64,000 nt of DNA from Octopus vulgaris (taxonomy: Eukaryota): the NCBI GenBank assembly GCA_951406725.2, contig OX597824.1, positions 56,048,001 through 56,112,000 of the forward strand, written 5' to 3'. Positions 24,561 through 37,605 of the stretch are shown here, in pieces (position 1 is the stretch's first letter; each line of letters starts with the position of its first letter). Below the pieces are notes generated by a model. It was not told where the DNA came from. It was given only the letters and a program-made list of their open reading frames with translations, and ran no database searches. The position numbers were made by a program, and so were the translations under genes.

Positions 24561-25236
24561 GCATCTGCCAACAAACATGTCACAACAGTTGTCCTCGCAT
24601 TTAATCTCCAATCATTCATATTATACTTGCTGCTCCCCTGGGTCTAGGTGCTATACAGAATTGGTACAAGGGATTTTAGTATAAAAACAGTCAAATAAAA
24701 TAAGTTAAATAATTGATAAGAGTAGATTAGTTGATTTGTTATATATAGTTAGTGACTAATTAATAAACTGAGTACAGCATGGTCATGTTTATTTTTTGTT
24801 TCCATTGAGGCGAAGTAAGAAGCTACAGCATTTGTGTTGCAGCAGTGTGGGTGGCACTACTGGGTGGGTGGAGGTGGTGGCAAAGGAAGGGCTGCCTTGA
24901 AAGGATCCAGTACAGAAGAGAGATTTCTGATATAGGTGGTGGGGTGGTAAAGGGCGAGGGCATCATAGATAAGCAAACATCATGGTAAGCATTAACAAAG
25001 AGAATGACAGGAGAAAGATGACAAAAAGGAGACACGAAGCAAGCAAAAATTAAACTAAATTGAATTAAAATAGCATTAACAAAGAGGTTGACAGAAGACA
25101 GAAAGTAGATGTGGAACAAGTGTGCACACACACAAAGTAAGAAGTTGATTTAAGTAAATACTGATTGAATTTGATTTGTATAATAATATGAATGTAGAGA
25201 ATGTATACCAAAAAAGATGTTCATAGAAACAAATTT

Positions 25237-27211
25237 CATCACCATCATCGCCATTTAACATCCATTGTCCATGCTGGCATTGGTTGGATGGTTTGACCAG
25301 GGTTGGCAAGCTGGAAGGCTACATCAGACTCCAATCTGATTTGGCATGGTTTCTATGGCTGGATGCCCTTCCTATCACCAACCACTCTGTGAGTGTAATG
25401 GGTGCTTTTATGTGCCACCAGCACTGGTGCCATTTGCGTGACACTGGTATCTGTCACGACTGTGGTTTTACTTGGCTTGATGAGTCTTTTTCTCATGCAT
25501 GACATAATGCCAAATGTCATGGTCATTGCCTCCATGAGGCCCAACACTCAAAAGGAGCCCGGCCACTTTACCTTCATGAGGCCCAATGCTCAAAAGACAT
25601 TTTTTACATGTCACCGGCATGGGTACCAGTTACGTGACACCAGCATCAGCCATGGCTATGATTTCACTTGGCTTGAAGTGTCTTCTCAAGCACAGTATAT
25701 CGCCAAAGGTCTTAGTCACTAGTCATTACCTCTGCCTAAAGTTCGAAGATCATGCTTCACCATCTCGTCCCTGTCTTCCTGGGTCTACCTCTACCATAGA
25801 TTCCCTTGACAGTTGGAAATCAGCACATTTTTTACACAGCTGCCTCATCCATAAGCATTACATGACCATTCAAGCACAGTCACTCTTGCTCTCCACATCT
25901 GATGCCTCTGCCCAACTTTTCTATCAAAATGCTTACACTCTGTCAAACCTACACACTGACATTGCACATCCAATGAAGCATATAGGCTTCATTTCTTTCA
26001 AGCCTACACATGTCCTCAGCTGTTACAGCCCATGTTTTACTGTCGTGTAGCATAGCTGTTTGCATACAAGCATCATACAATCTGCCCTTTGTTGCCAGCA
26101 GAAGTAGAAGCTCTCTGAACTTTATCCAGCCTAATCTTATTCTCACAGCTCTGCACTTGAAGCATCCACCTCCACTACTAACTTGGTCACCTAGATAACA
26201 GAAGCTGCCTACTACCTCTAGCTTTCCCCACTGGCAGTTGAGAGAGTCTATTTTCTGTACATTTTTGGTGTTTATTGTATCTGTACATCTTTTGTGCCTA
26301 TCAAACTTCCTCTGGTTTTGCTGCACCTCTTATGTGTCCAAAGCTTACCCTGAGTGCATCTTATGGTGTCTCTACCTATGCCTATTCTACAAATCAAGTA
26401 GGGCCATCTATCTGAAGGGATTTGTGATTTGTCTGCCTTCCTAGTTACTATGGCTTTGGTTTTGGCTAGGTTAACTCAAAATCCCTTCAATTCTAGACCT
26501 TGCTCCCATACCTGGAACTTCTCTAATTCTGGTAGCGATTCAGCTATAAGAACAAGGTCATCAGCATAGAGGAGCTCCCAAGGGTAGCCTGTATTAAATG
26601 TCTCTTATTTCCTGGAAGACTATGATGAAACAAGAGGAGCCTGAAAACCAGTTCTTTGTACTCTGAATTCTTCACTGTACTTTTTGCAACCATCACCTGA
26701 CTGGTAACATCCCCATACATGGCTTGTACAGCTTTCACTAACTATTCATTTATCCCTAGTTTCTGCATTGACAACTAGATAAGGGATTGGGGGATCCTGT
26801 CAAAGGCTTTCCCCAAGTCAACAAAAGTCAAGTATAGAGGTTTATCTTTGGCTGTGTATTTCTCCTGCAGTTGCCTTATCAGAAATACAGCATCAGTGGT
26901 GCTTCTCCTTGGCACAAAACCAACTGTATCTCATCTAAACTAACTCTCTCCCTAATCAGTTGGGCTATGACTCTCTCTGTCACTTTCATTACCTGATCCA
27001 ACAGTTTCATACCTCTAATTATTTCTATCTAAGGTATCACCTTTACCTTTGTAGCAGTTGACTATGGTCCTGCTACACCAGTCATTGTGTATGACTCTTT
27101 TGTAAACCACCTGATTTACAATACAGGTAATTACACTATACCCCACACTGCCAGATATTTTAAGCATCTCAGTGGTGATTCCTGATGGCCAGGGGGCTTT
27201 CTCTGTCTTCA
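25237..27211 (-). mobile_element. 5'-truncated RTE LINE (RT and 3' UTR)
   Basis: Peptides KTEKAPWPSGITTEML and LEVVGSFCYLGDQVSSGGG. (CAT)n tail at about 25237. Confidence 0.9.
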
Positions 27212-27371
27212 TATATAGAGAAAAATATGTTCATAGAAAAAAATGTATATAGAGAAAAAAATGCATGTGCTAAACACACAAGCATAGGAAAAAGTTGATT
27301 TCTAAATATACTTTGATATAGCAAAAATGTATGCCTGTATATACATATACACATGTATACACACACACACA

Positions 27372-30300
27372 CAGCAAAAATGGAAGTTGAAAATGAACTG
27401 AGAATAGTTAAAATATCCTTTATTAATAAATTTAAAGCTTTAACTGGTTTCACAGTTTACACTGATTTTCAAAAAGTTCAAATAGAAAGATGTGGTTTAT
27501 GTCACAGCTGTCTTGCTTCTGACTAGTGTTTGATTCTTGCCCTATTTACATAGGGAGTTCATGGCTCAAATTAGTATATGTTTTGAATAAGATTTGATTG
27601 GTAGAGGATAGTCATATGACTGGTTTTAGAAATTTTTGTAGGTTCCCCACTACGTCCATGTGTTAGTATCAGATGACAATGTTTGGCGTCATAAGTTAAT
27701 ACTGACATGGTTACCTGAACATGTCCAAACAATCAATGCTCTGAATGTTTTCTGTCAAGTGTTTGTAGATAATGAACACATGATTAAGTTTATAACCTTT
27801 TGTACATTCCCTGCTACATCTGTGTGTTAGTGTCATGTGACAGTATATTTTGTGCCTAAAAAGAAGACTGACGTGGTTGAGTGAACATATTTAGTTACAA
27901 TCAAGGCACTCCAAATTTAATCTATTTGGTGGGAGAGTGGATAGAAGTTGTTTCTGTGTAGTCTAGTGGCTAAAGTTTAGGTTGTTAGCTGTATAGGTTC
28001 CTCATCTTAAGTGGCAAAACGAGTTTTGGGGGTGAATAGTTATTTGTGTATGTACTCTGCTAAAGTTTAAGTCTTGGTTTGTACTTTTGAATGAAAGTAT
28101 TTTTTTTTTGTTTATCCGTGCTTCATCTATGGTATTTGGTGAATATAGGTAGAGTGGAAAGACGTGGAATTTGGGGGACTTATTTTTTTGCACATATGTC
28201 TATGTGTCCACTCAGTGGAATCTGTCTAGTACTGGTGAATGATCAGTCTATTTGTCTGACCTATGTAAGCTTTGACCTGTTTAATCTTCATTACATCCTT
28301 GATATTTGATAGTGTATATTAAATTCCTTGAAAAATATGTAAAGTGATTTTTAATGGTAAAAATCTGTCCTGGTTTGAATTTGTATATTGTGACTTCAAT
28401 AAGATTGATGCAAGTTCCGCAGTTGGGACAGCCACACTTTTTGACAGTTGGTGGAAGGTAATTTCGCATTTGTGAGGAATTTTTTGAGGGACATTGATTA
28501 TCTTTTACTTTTGATTATTTTGTGTATTTCAAATGCCTGTTTCATTCTTGGGTTTTGTTTTAGTAGTGGGATGTTGTAGTGGATAATATTGTAAACCTCT
28601 GTGTTTCTTGGGTTGTGTGTTGTAATAAAGGGTAGAGTATTGGATGTATCTGGAGCATTTTTTGTAGTTTTTCGATATTTATTGCTTTGGCACATTCTAT
28701 TCCATTGTCTCTTAACATTAATGGATATTGTCTTTTAAGTAGTACTTGTTTTAGTTCCTGGAATCTTTTATTGCAAATTTCAGGGTTTGAGACAATTGTG
28801 CAGATTCTTCTTGCTAGATTAAAGGGAATATTATTCGTGTGCTTGGGATGGCATGAAGAGAACAGTAAGTATTGTTTAGAATCTGTTTATTTGTAATGAA
28901 TATCTGTTTTAATGTTTTTATCGCTTTGAGGATTAGTATATCCAGGAATGGTAGTTGAGTTTTACTGTATTCCAAGGTAAAATTAAAATTATTTTTTATG
29001 CTGTTGATTAGAGTTTTGAAATCTATAAGTTGTTTAAATAGGCTTAGGCAATCATCTAAGTAACATTTCCAGTTTTCTAGTAGATATTTGTGGATGTTCA
29101 AGCCATATTTTAATTTAGATTGTTCGTATATTCGGACCTCCATGTATGCCATGACTAGGTTAGCATAAGTTGGAGCAACTTTTGTCTCCATCCCAGTCCC
29201 AGATATTTGTTTGTAAATATTGCCATCAAAGTCAAAAAAGTTACTTTCAAGGATAAACTTTAATCCTTCAGTGATGAAACTTATCAATTCTGTCTGGAAT
29301 TTCATGAAGGAATTTCTGAAGCCAGAAATTTATTGCCTCTAGTCCGTATTGGAGTGGGATTGTGGTACAGAGGTTTACCACATCAAAAGATACAATAGTG
29401 GTATCATTGTTTATGGATTTGGGGAGGTGTTTTAACAGGTTCAGGTCACCCCTTACAAGACTTGATATATTTTAAAATAGGTTTCAGTGATTCATCTAAA
29501 AAGTTGCTGAGTCTGTGTTTCACAGTTCAGGCTTGCTATGATTGGTCTAAATTTAAGGTTGGTGGGTTATTGTATGTTTATGCAGCTGGAAGTTCTTTAC
29601 ATGCATTCTTAATAGTTTGATTCTTATGGATTTTTGGGAGACTATAGAAGTCTTGCAATTGAAATGGATTAGGTAGTCACATTCTTTGGTAAACCTTTTT
29701 GATGAATGTGTTCAGTTTTGTCATTGTCTTTGATTTTTGGTAATTATTTACCTTTTCTTAGTGGGTCGTATCTTGTAATATAGATAGTATATCTCTTTTG
29801 TAGTGTTCAGTATCCATAATAACTATAGCACTTTCCTTATCTGCTTCCTTAATTATAATGTTGTTATTATTTTTCAGTTTATGTATATATCCTATTCCTT
29901 TCGACTGGTATTGGGCTTGATTTTAGGTTGTGGGAGTTCTTTGTAAGGGAAGGTACATATAAAATCACAAAATTTATCTAAAGCTTTATTCTTACCTTTT
30001 GTAGGCTTGTAATTGCTCTTGTTTCTTACAATTGGTTCATTCCTGTTTTCTTTATCATACAGTTCTTCTGTTAGGCATAGTTTTCTACAGAACTGTAAAA
30101 TATCATTCTGTATTTCATTGGAGTTAGAGTGCTGTGGTGTTGGGGTAATTTTTAGGCATTTCGACAAAATATTTCTTCTACTAAGAGGGTGTTTTTGGAT
30201 AGGTTAATTTCTCATCTTCAGTTTGTACTATCTGGTGTCAATAACTCTGTTGGTTGGGTCTAAAAAATTATTTTTAAAAGCTTTCCTTTTATTACTATTT

Positions 30301-30500
30301 ATATATCTGAGGACATTTTCTCTGTTAACTTGTTCTCTTTTGTATTGATTTTGTACATTTGCTGTTCTGTATTCTGGTTGTTTCTTTCTGTAATTTTCTT
30401 TTAAGTTGATATTTTTTATCCATTGTGTATATCTTCAGTTTTGGGGAAAGTTCAATTCAGTCAGAAGGAAAACTTCAATTTTTTTAGTTGGATTATTTTG
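27372..30500 (-). mobile_element. Penelope-like retroelement (Neptune-like), degenerate RT + GIY-YIG
   Basis: Peptides YKQISGTGMETKVAPTYANLVM, WKCYLDD, LPFLDILI, a CGCPNCGTC linker, NLIYTI and YIGQT. Confidence 0.9.
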
Positions 30501-30968
30501 TTGTCAAAGTAGTCTTGAATTGTCCTTATGAAATTGGTGACTATTTCTTAAGGACAATTCATAAACTTACAAGTATGTATGCCAACAGAGACTTCTACCA
30601 CTTCATATGTGATTTGGCCAAAGAAGCCCTTTGAATGCCACCAGTCTAATAACCATATTTAAATTCCCTACTTTACCTTGCTTTATTCATACACACTTTC
30701 TTTCTCTCCCTTAACCCAAAATATTTCCCCTCCCTCTTCCTTCAATTATCTTTTCTTCAAATGCCAATCCCCTTACTAAATTATGTGATTCAGCCAAAAC
30801 AACTCCTTTGTTTACTACCAGTCAATTGACCTTGCTTAAATTCCTCCTTCCTCTCACTCCCTTATATTTTCTTCTTTCTTCTCTTCTTCTAATACATATT
30901 TCTACCTACATTTTGCATCATGTACCTCCTTGCAACAATGTAAGCTTTAATTTAATCAAGATACCCTT

Positions 30969-31051
30969 GGCCTGAAGAGTAGCTGGTAGTATACACCCTG
31001 CTTAGATTTTACTATTTCTGAGGTTCTGTTTGCTATGAAACATATGTAGCC
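30969..31051 (+). ncRNA. Type I hammerhead ribozyme-like motif
   Basis: GGC-CUGAAGA-GUAGC...GCUAU-GAAAC-AUAU-GUA|GCC. Intact core, palindromic stem III (ACAUAUGU), short stem I. Confidence 0.7.
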
Positions 31052-31130
31052 CAGATCTTACCTACTCCATTCTGTAACTCTTGTATTCTTATTCATACCC
31101 CTCCCCCCACAATCCTGGTTGCCTACTGTA

Positions 31131-31180
<50 letters not shown>

Positions 31181-31277
31181 AAATTAGAGACAAAACCACT
31201 ATTATGCAAATCAAACAAAGAAAGACTTAAGCCAATACATAAAATAATCTATATAAATTAAAATTTAACAAATGAAT

Positions 31278-31329
31278 AACCACTACGATCGTTTCGTGTC
31301 AGCACATCTTAGACATTCTTCAGGTGGTT
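31278..31329 (-). ncRNA. Type I hammerhead ribozyme (Penelope-type)
   Basis: AACCAC-CUGAAGA-AUGUC-uaagaugugcu-GACAC-GAAAC-GAUC-GUA|GUGGUU. Perfect 6-bp stem I, intact core, palindromic stem III. Confidence 0.85.
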
Positions 31330-31529
31330 TCTAAACCTTCTTAGCGAGTTATATATATTCCAAGGAAGTTAGAGGTTGTGAATCCAACCAACTAAGGGAT
31401 ATTATCTATCCAATATGCTGCTGGTAGAATACCCCATTATTAATACACAAGTGTTTTTTATTGCATTGCAATTACATTACTGAATGTACTAAATGGGTGA
31501 AGGTAAAGAGATATTTTACCATTAATTTA

Positions 31530-31965
31530 TAGAGCAATAAGAAAATGGAGGGGATCAATATGTGGTTCATCAACTTTTAGACATTATACTATGTTGACTT
31601 ATTTATTTACTAAAATGACAATTACAAGAATATACATACATGTATAACGTATTATGCTTTACATATAAAATATATTAATATATAAAGATACCAGTAATTA
31701 TTAAAATATAACATTCAGGAATATAAATTGGAAAATAACTTACAGCTGTTTCAGCCAAGAGACAAAAATACCTCATTCTACCTTTATTCCTCCAGTAGAC
31801 TGAAGTAATAAGTAGATGAAATTGAGGTACTTGGGTAAAGCATAATATATTATACATGTATGTATATTCTTGTAATTGTCATTTTAGTAAATAAACAAAT
31901 AATTTGACATAATATAATGTCTAAAAGTTGATGAACCACCTATTGATCCCCTCCATTTTCTTATT

Positions 31966-31970
<5 letters not shown>
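31530..31970. repeat. Long imperfect inverted repeat (arms about 31530-31662 and 31835-31970)
   Basis: agagcaataagaaaatggaggggatcaata... is the reverse complement of ...tattgatcccctccattttcttattgctct. Confidence 0.9.
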
Positions 31971-32049
<79 letters not shown>

Positions 32050-32162
32050 CTGTCCTTGTTTGTCCCCTCTATGTTTAGCCCGTTGTGGGTTGTAAAGAAA
32101 TATATATATATGTATATATATATATGTATATATATATACACACACAAATACACACACTTATA

Positions 32163-32758
32163 TATGTGGAGGAAATCTGTGGAAAAGGTAGAGTCAGGAA
32201 GACATGGGATGAGGTGATGCATGATCTTCGAATGTTGGGCCGCACAGAGGTGATGACATGTAACCAAGACCTTTGGTGATATGCTGTGCTTGAGAAGACT
32301 CATCAAGCTAAGCGAAATTGTAGCCGTGGCCATTGCCAGTGTCATGTGAATGGCACCCATGAAATTGTATTCATGACCATTGCTGGTAACATAATCTTTG
32401 AATGTTGGGCCTCACAGAGGCAATGATGAACTACCGAGACCTCTGGCAGTATGTTGTGCTTGAGAAGACTCATCAAGCCAAGTGAAATCATAGTCATGGC
32501 CATTACCAGTGTCATTTAAATGGCAACCATAAAATCATAGTCATGGTCATTGCCAGTTTCTTGTAAATGGCAACTGCGCCAGCAGTACATAAGAAGTGCC
32601 CATTACACTCTTGGAGAGGTTGGCGTTAGGAAGAGTGTCAAGCCCTATAAACCATACTAAATTAGATTGGAATCTGGTACAGCTTACCAGTTCCAGTTAG
32701 ACTGTCTAACGCATGCCAGCATGGAAAGCAGATATTAAATGGTAATGATGATGATGAT
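32163..32758 (+). mobile_element. RTE LINE 3' end fragment
   Basis: Peptide ICGKGRVRKTWDEVMHDLR followed by the family 3' UTR and (ATG)n. Confidence 0.8.
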
Positions 32759-33477
32759 ATATAAAATACAAAAAAAAGTAACGTATGCAGATGTACATAC
32801 ATATACATGCACACACACATCCCTGACTTGTCAACTCCTGTCAAACCGGCCAACCCATACCAGTATGGAAAATCAATATTAAACAATGATGATGATTATA
32901 ATGAATAACATCTGTCATTTACTTTGGGCGTAGACTGTAGAGAGGTCTCATAAAAGCAGTTCTTCTATTCATTTACCAATCCTAAGTGCAGTGCATATGC
33001 TGAGATAATGTCACTGTCATGTTATCTTACAGTATTTCAAGCTTAATCACACTCTGTCTACATGAATTACCTTATCTATCCATTTTCTGTTAACAATATG
33101 ACTACTATTACTACTACTACCTGCATACAGACACAGAAAAAGATTCAAACGAACACACACACACACACTCACACACACACCTGATTGGCTTCTGCAGAGT
33201 TTCCATCTACCCAATTCATTCACAAAACATTGTCCTATAGCTAGATTGGGACATTTGCTATCAAGTAGGACTGAACCCAAAAGAATGTTCTTGCAAAGTA
33301 AACTTCTTAACCACACAGTAATGCTTCACATATGCAGATACATATATGACAGGCCTCTGTATGTTGTTTATTCCACATGTCTTTGAAAGCATATTGCAAG
33401 AGGATCATTATTAACAGGGAATGTCAACATTACATCACATATTTCTGCTCACCATTTTCATGCAAAAATGTGACACA

Positions 33478-33640
33478 GGGTTTGCCGAGTAGCAAGAAGC
33501 TTGCTTCCCAACCACATCATTCTGGGTTCAGTCCCACTGCATGGCACCTTGGGCAAGTGTCTTTTACTATAGCCTCAGGCCGTCCAAAGCCTTATGAGTG
33601 GATTTGATAGACGGAAACTGAAAGAAGTCCATTGTATATA
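33478..33640 (+). mobile_element. tRNA-derived SINE with CORE-like segment (other copies at about 33180-33320 -, 38525-38670 + and 54050-54185 +)
   Basis: B-box-like gggttcagtccc followed by gcaccttgggcaagtgtct and the tail gagtggatttg.tagacggaaactgaaagaag. Confidence 0.7.
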
Positions 33641-33644
33641 TGGA

Positions 33645-34022
33645 AGCACTCGATTACAACGACGAGGGTTCCGGTTGATCCGAATCAACGGAACAGCCTG
33701 CTCATGAAATTAACATGTAAGTGGCTGAGCACTCCACAGACACGTGTACCCTTAACGTAGTTCTCGGGGATATTCAGCATGACACAGAGAGTGACAAGGC
33801 CGGCCCTTTGAAATACAGGTACAACAGAAACAGGAAGTAAGAGTGAGAGAAAGTTGTGGTGAAAGAGTACAGCAGGGATCACCACCATCCTCTGCCGGAG
33901 CCTCGTGGAGCTTTAGGTGTTTTCGCTCAATAAACACTCACAACGCCCGGTCTGGGAATCGAAACCGCGATCCTGTGACCGCGAGTCCGCTGCCCTAACC
34001 ACTGGGCCATTGCGCCTCCACA
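33645..34022 (-). mobile_element. Well-preserved tRNA-derived SINE
   Basis: Minus strand begins ggaggcgcaaTGGCCCAGTGGttagggcagcgg (A box) ... GGTTTCGATTCC (B box). CpGs are retained. Its 3' half is shared with 41930-42255. Confidence 0.85.
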
Positions 34023-34069
34023 TTGTATATATATATATGTGTATATATATATATATATCTTTTATATCA

Positions 34070-35770
34070 TCAGGCCGTCCTGCGATCCAAGGTACTTTGG
34101 ATGGGCTGGGTCTGCTATGTGAAGCTGGTGCAGGAAACAGACATGAACTCATGTTATTTGTCGGGTCTTTGCAGTCACAGCATATCTCCAGAGATCTCGG
34201 TCTTTTGTCATTGCCTCTGTGAGGCCCAATGTTCAAAGGTCATGCTTGACCACCTCATCCCATGTCTTCCTGGGTTTACCTCTACACCGGATTCCTTTAA
34301 CTGTTTGGGAGTGGCACTTCTTCACACATCTCTCCTCATCCATCCGTAGTACATGACCATACTAGCGCAGACGTCTCTCTTGCATGCTACATCCGATGCT
34401 TCTTATGTCCAGCATTTCTCTCAGGGCGCTTACATTCTGTCGTGTGTACACACTGACATTACACATCCAGCAGATCGTGCTAGCTTCATTTCTTTCTAGC
34501 CTATGCATGTCCTCTGCAGTCACAGCCTATGTTTCACTACCGTGAAGCATGGTAGTTCGCACACATGCGTTGTACAATCTACCTTTCACTCTGAGCGAGA
34601 GGCCTTTGTCACCAGTAGGGGTAGAAGCTTTCTAAACTTTGCCTAGGCTATTCGTATTCTAGTGGTGACACTCTCTGAACATCCACCTCCACTACTAACT
34701 TGGTCACCTAGGTAGAGGAAACTATCAACTACTTCTAATTTCTTCCCCTGGAATGTGATGGAATTTGTTTTCTGAGTATCTGTGGTGTCTATTGCCCCTG
34801 TGCCGCACACGAAATCTATCTTCTTGGTTAATTTTCCTTTGATGTTGCTGCACTTCTTATGCGTCCATAGCTTACACTGGGTACATCTTGTGGAGTTTCT
34901 ACATACACCTTTTCTACAGGTTGAGCAGGGCCACCAACCTGAATGGGTGTGTGATGAGTTCACCTTCCTACCTACTAGAACTTTGGTCTTTGCTACATTG
35001 ACTCTCAGGACTTTTGATTCTAAAGCTAGCTTCCACACATGAAATTTCTTTTCTAGTTCCGGTAGTCATTCTGCTATGAGGGCCAGGTCATCGGCATAGA
35101 AGAGCTCCCAGGGGCAACCCGTCTTGAATTCCTCTGTTATTGCCTGGAGGACTATGATGAATAAAAGGGGACTGAGGACTGAACCTTGGTGGTCCCCTAC
35201 TTCTACCGGGAATTCTTCACTATACTCGTTGCCAATCCTAACCTTACTAACAGCCTCTCTGTATAGGACCTGTACAGCCCTTATTAACCATTCGTCAATC
35301 TCCAGTTCCCACATCGCCCACCAGATAAGGGATTGGGGGACCCTGTCAAAGGCTTTCTCCAAGTCCATGAAAGCTAAGTAGAGGGGTTTATCTTTAGCTA
35401 GGTATTTCTCCTGCAGTTGTTGAACCAGGAATATGGCAACAGTCGTGCTTCTACCCAGAACAAAACCGAACTGCATCTCATCTAAGCAGATTCTCTCCTT
35501 AATGAGATGGGCTATGATCCTCTCTGTGACCTTCATCACCTGATCCAGTAGTTTGATACCCCTGTAGTTATTTCTATCTATAGCATCACCTTTACCCTTG
35601 TAGCAGTTGACTATGCTGCTGCTACGCCAGTCATTGGGTATGACTCCATTATGAACTACCTGGCTTACAATGTGAGTGACTAGGCCATAGCCCACACCAC
35701 CAGATGTTTCAAGCATCTCAGCAGTGATTCCTGATGGGCCAGGGGCTTTTCCTGGTTTCATACCCTTAAT
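34070..35770 (-). mobile_element. RTE LINE RT region with long open frame (35066-35770)
   Basis: Peptides KPGKAPGPSGITAEML, QFGFVLGRSTT, AFMDLEKAFDRV, HQGSVLSPLLF and FYADDLAL. Confidence 0.93.
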
Positions 35771-37472
35771 ACCTTTATAGCGGGTTTGGTTACTGTTTAT
35801 ATGTTTGCTATTTGGAAATAGATAATAAATATATTCCATGTTTCCTATTTGGAAATAAATAATAAATATATTTTACTTTTGAAGTAGGAATATATATTGA
35901 TGAACCCGTCACTTACAACTTACTTATAAGTGTTATCATTAAACATAAATCCTGACTCCAGCTACATAAACGCCATAGTGAGAAATATATTCTCTGAAAT
36001 GCTAACTGACATTTTATGCGTGCGTGTATTTTGAAGATAGATAAATTCATGTTCTTTTAACTGCTATAAAAAAAAATACAGTTTCATGATTACAGAAATA
36101 AATTTCATTAACAAGTTGAAGAATGTGAAGAAAGAGAAAATAATTACATTAGTTTATTTATGTACATTTAGCATTTATAGTACAATTGGAAAGTAAAGTC
36201 ATTTTGTCGTAGAGAATTATGACTTAAAAGTTACTCTAGCTAATTCTTCATACTAACTGCTAAAGTTCACAACAATTCAAATAAGTTTTGTTGGATTTTT
36301 ATCATAGACATGGCATAAAAAATAGCCAATATCTCAAAAGAGTGAGTGTCGTGGAGTTTAGTAACATCCCACAAGCACTAAAGTTTTCCCTAAAATCCAG
36401 GGTTTATATAACTGCTCAATTACTTGACTTTAAAGAATTGAAATCACATAAAAATATTCTTTACCTAATTTTCAGAATTCCTATATGAGCAGTTATTTCA
36501 ACCAATGGGAAAATGACAATCATATTTCCTCAGCAATACGACATTACGTCATATTGCCAGCTACCACAAATTGGCGCCACTGTTTGAAATAGCTGCAAGC
36601 TACACCCTTATACCCTTATACCCATGTATGTATAAAACTGCTGGTGTGTTTATGTCCCCGTAATTTCGTAGTTCGGCAAAAGAAACCAATAGAATAAGTA
36701 CTAGGTTTACAAAGAATAAGTCCTGGAGTTGATTTCTTTGACTAACACCTCTTTAAGGCAGTGCTCCAGCATGACCGCAGTCAAATGACTGAAACAAGTA
36801 AAAGAATTAAAAATTCACAGTCACACACACACAGATATACACATACAGAAATTCTACTCAGTTTCTGTCTACCAAGTACACTCACAAGGCACTTCTTTAA
36901 GGTACCACTCTATGAAATGAGCTTGGCAGCTAAGTGAACTCTGTATCACATAGCCATGCCCATGTCTATGATGTATATGTGTTTGCATATATATATTATA
37001 TATACATATTATTCCTTAACAAGAGGCTTCAAACTTTTGGCCTGCTTAATCTTCAACAGACTGTTGTACATTTTAGTTCCTCTTGGCTTTATATAGTCTG
37101 TGTTAAGTTTAAATTTTTTTGGGTAGGTGGAACTTCATTAGATTATAGTTAGATTGTAGGGTAGATTGTGATGGAAAGATGTTATGTAGTTGGTCAGCAG
37201 GTGTGTAACCAGGTTTAGTTGTTGTTGATTATATTTTGTCATTAATAGAAGCTATAACCCACTTGTTTTGAGAATATGAAGGTTATAGTACAGAATTCAG
37301 TCCAGCATGTAAAACTTTGTAATTAAGTGTGTTTATAAAAGAACAGAGAACAACTTTGGCCTTAGGCAATTTGCATAATAGTTCGTAATTATATATTTAT
37401 ATATAATTATTGCTGATTATAGTATTCCTGTTGTTAATATGCTGTTAATCATATAAATTTTCTCTATTGCAG

Positions 37473-37605
37473 CAGCGAAGATTTAGATGTGATGATTTCT
37501 GAAGAGGAATTCCATGCTTTATTCCAAAATCTTCAGAAAATGCTTAGTGCTGTTTGTGACCACGCACATGATCGCTGTGTAAAACTGATGGTCGCGAGAG
37601 CAAAA
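37473..37605 (+). CDS. VPS54: VPS54 coding exon (SEDLDVMISEEEFHALFQNLQKMLSAVCDHAHDRCVKLMVARAK)
   Basis: Acceptor tttctctattgcAG and donor GTATGT. CDHAHDRCVKLMVARAK matches my recollection of vertebrate VPS54 SDICHDRAVKFLMSRAK. Confidence 0.9.

Noticed and set aside
33950-34022. tRNA gene
   Set aside because: A and B boxes are present, but the sequence continues into a SINE body whose tail is repeated elsewhere in the window. It is a SINE head.
36476-36625. Possible extra VPS54 exon after ctaattttcAG
   Set aside because: The required phase hits TGA after three codons, and there is no recognisable similarity.
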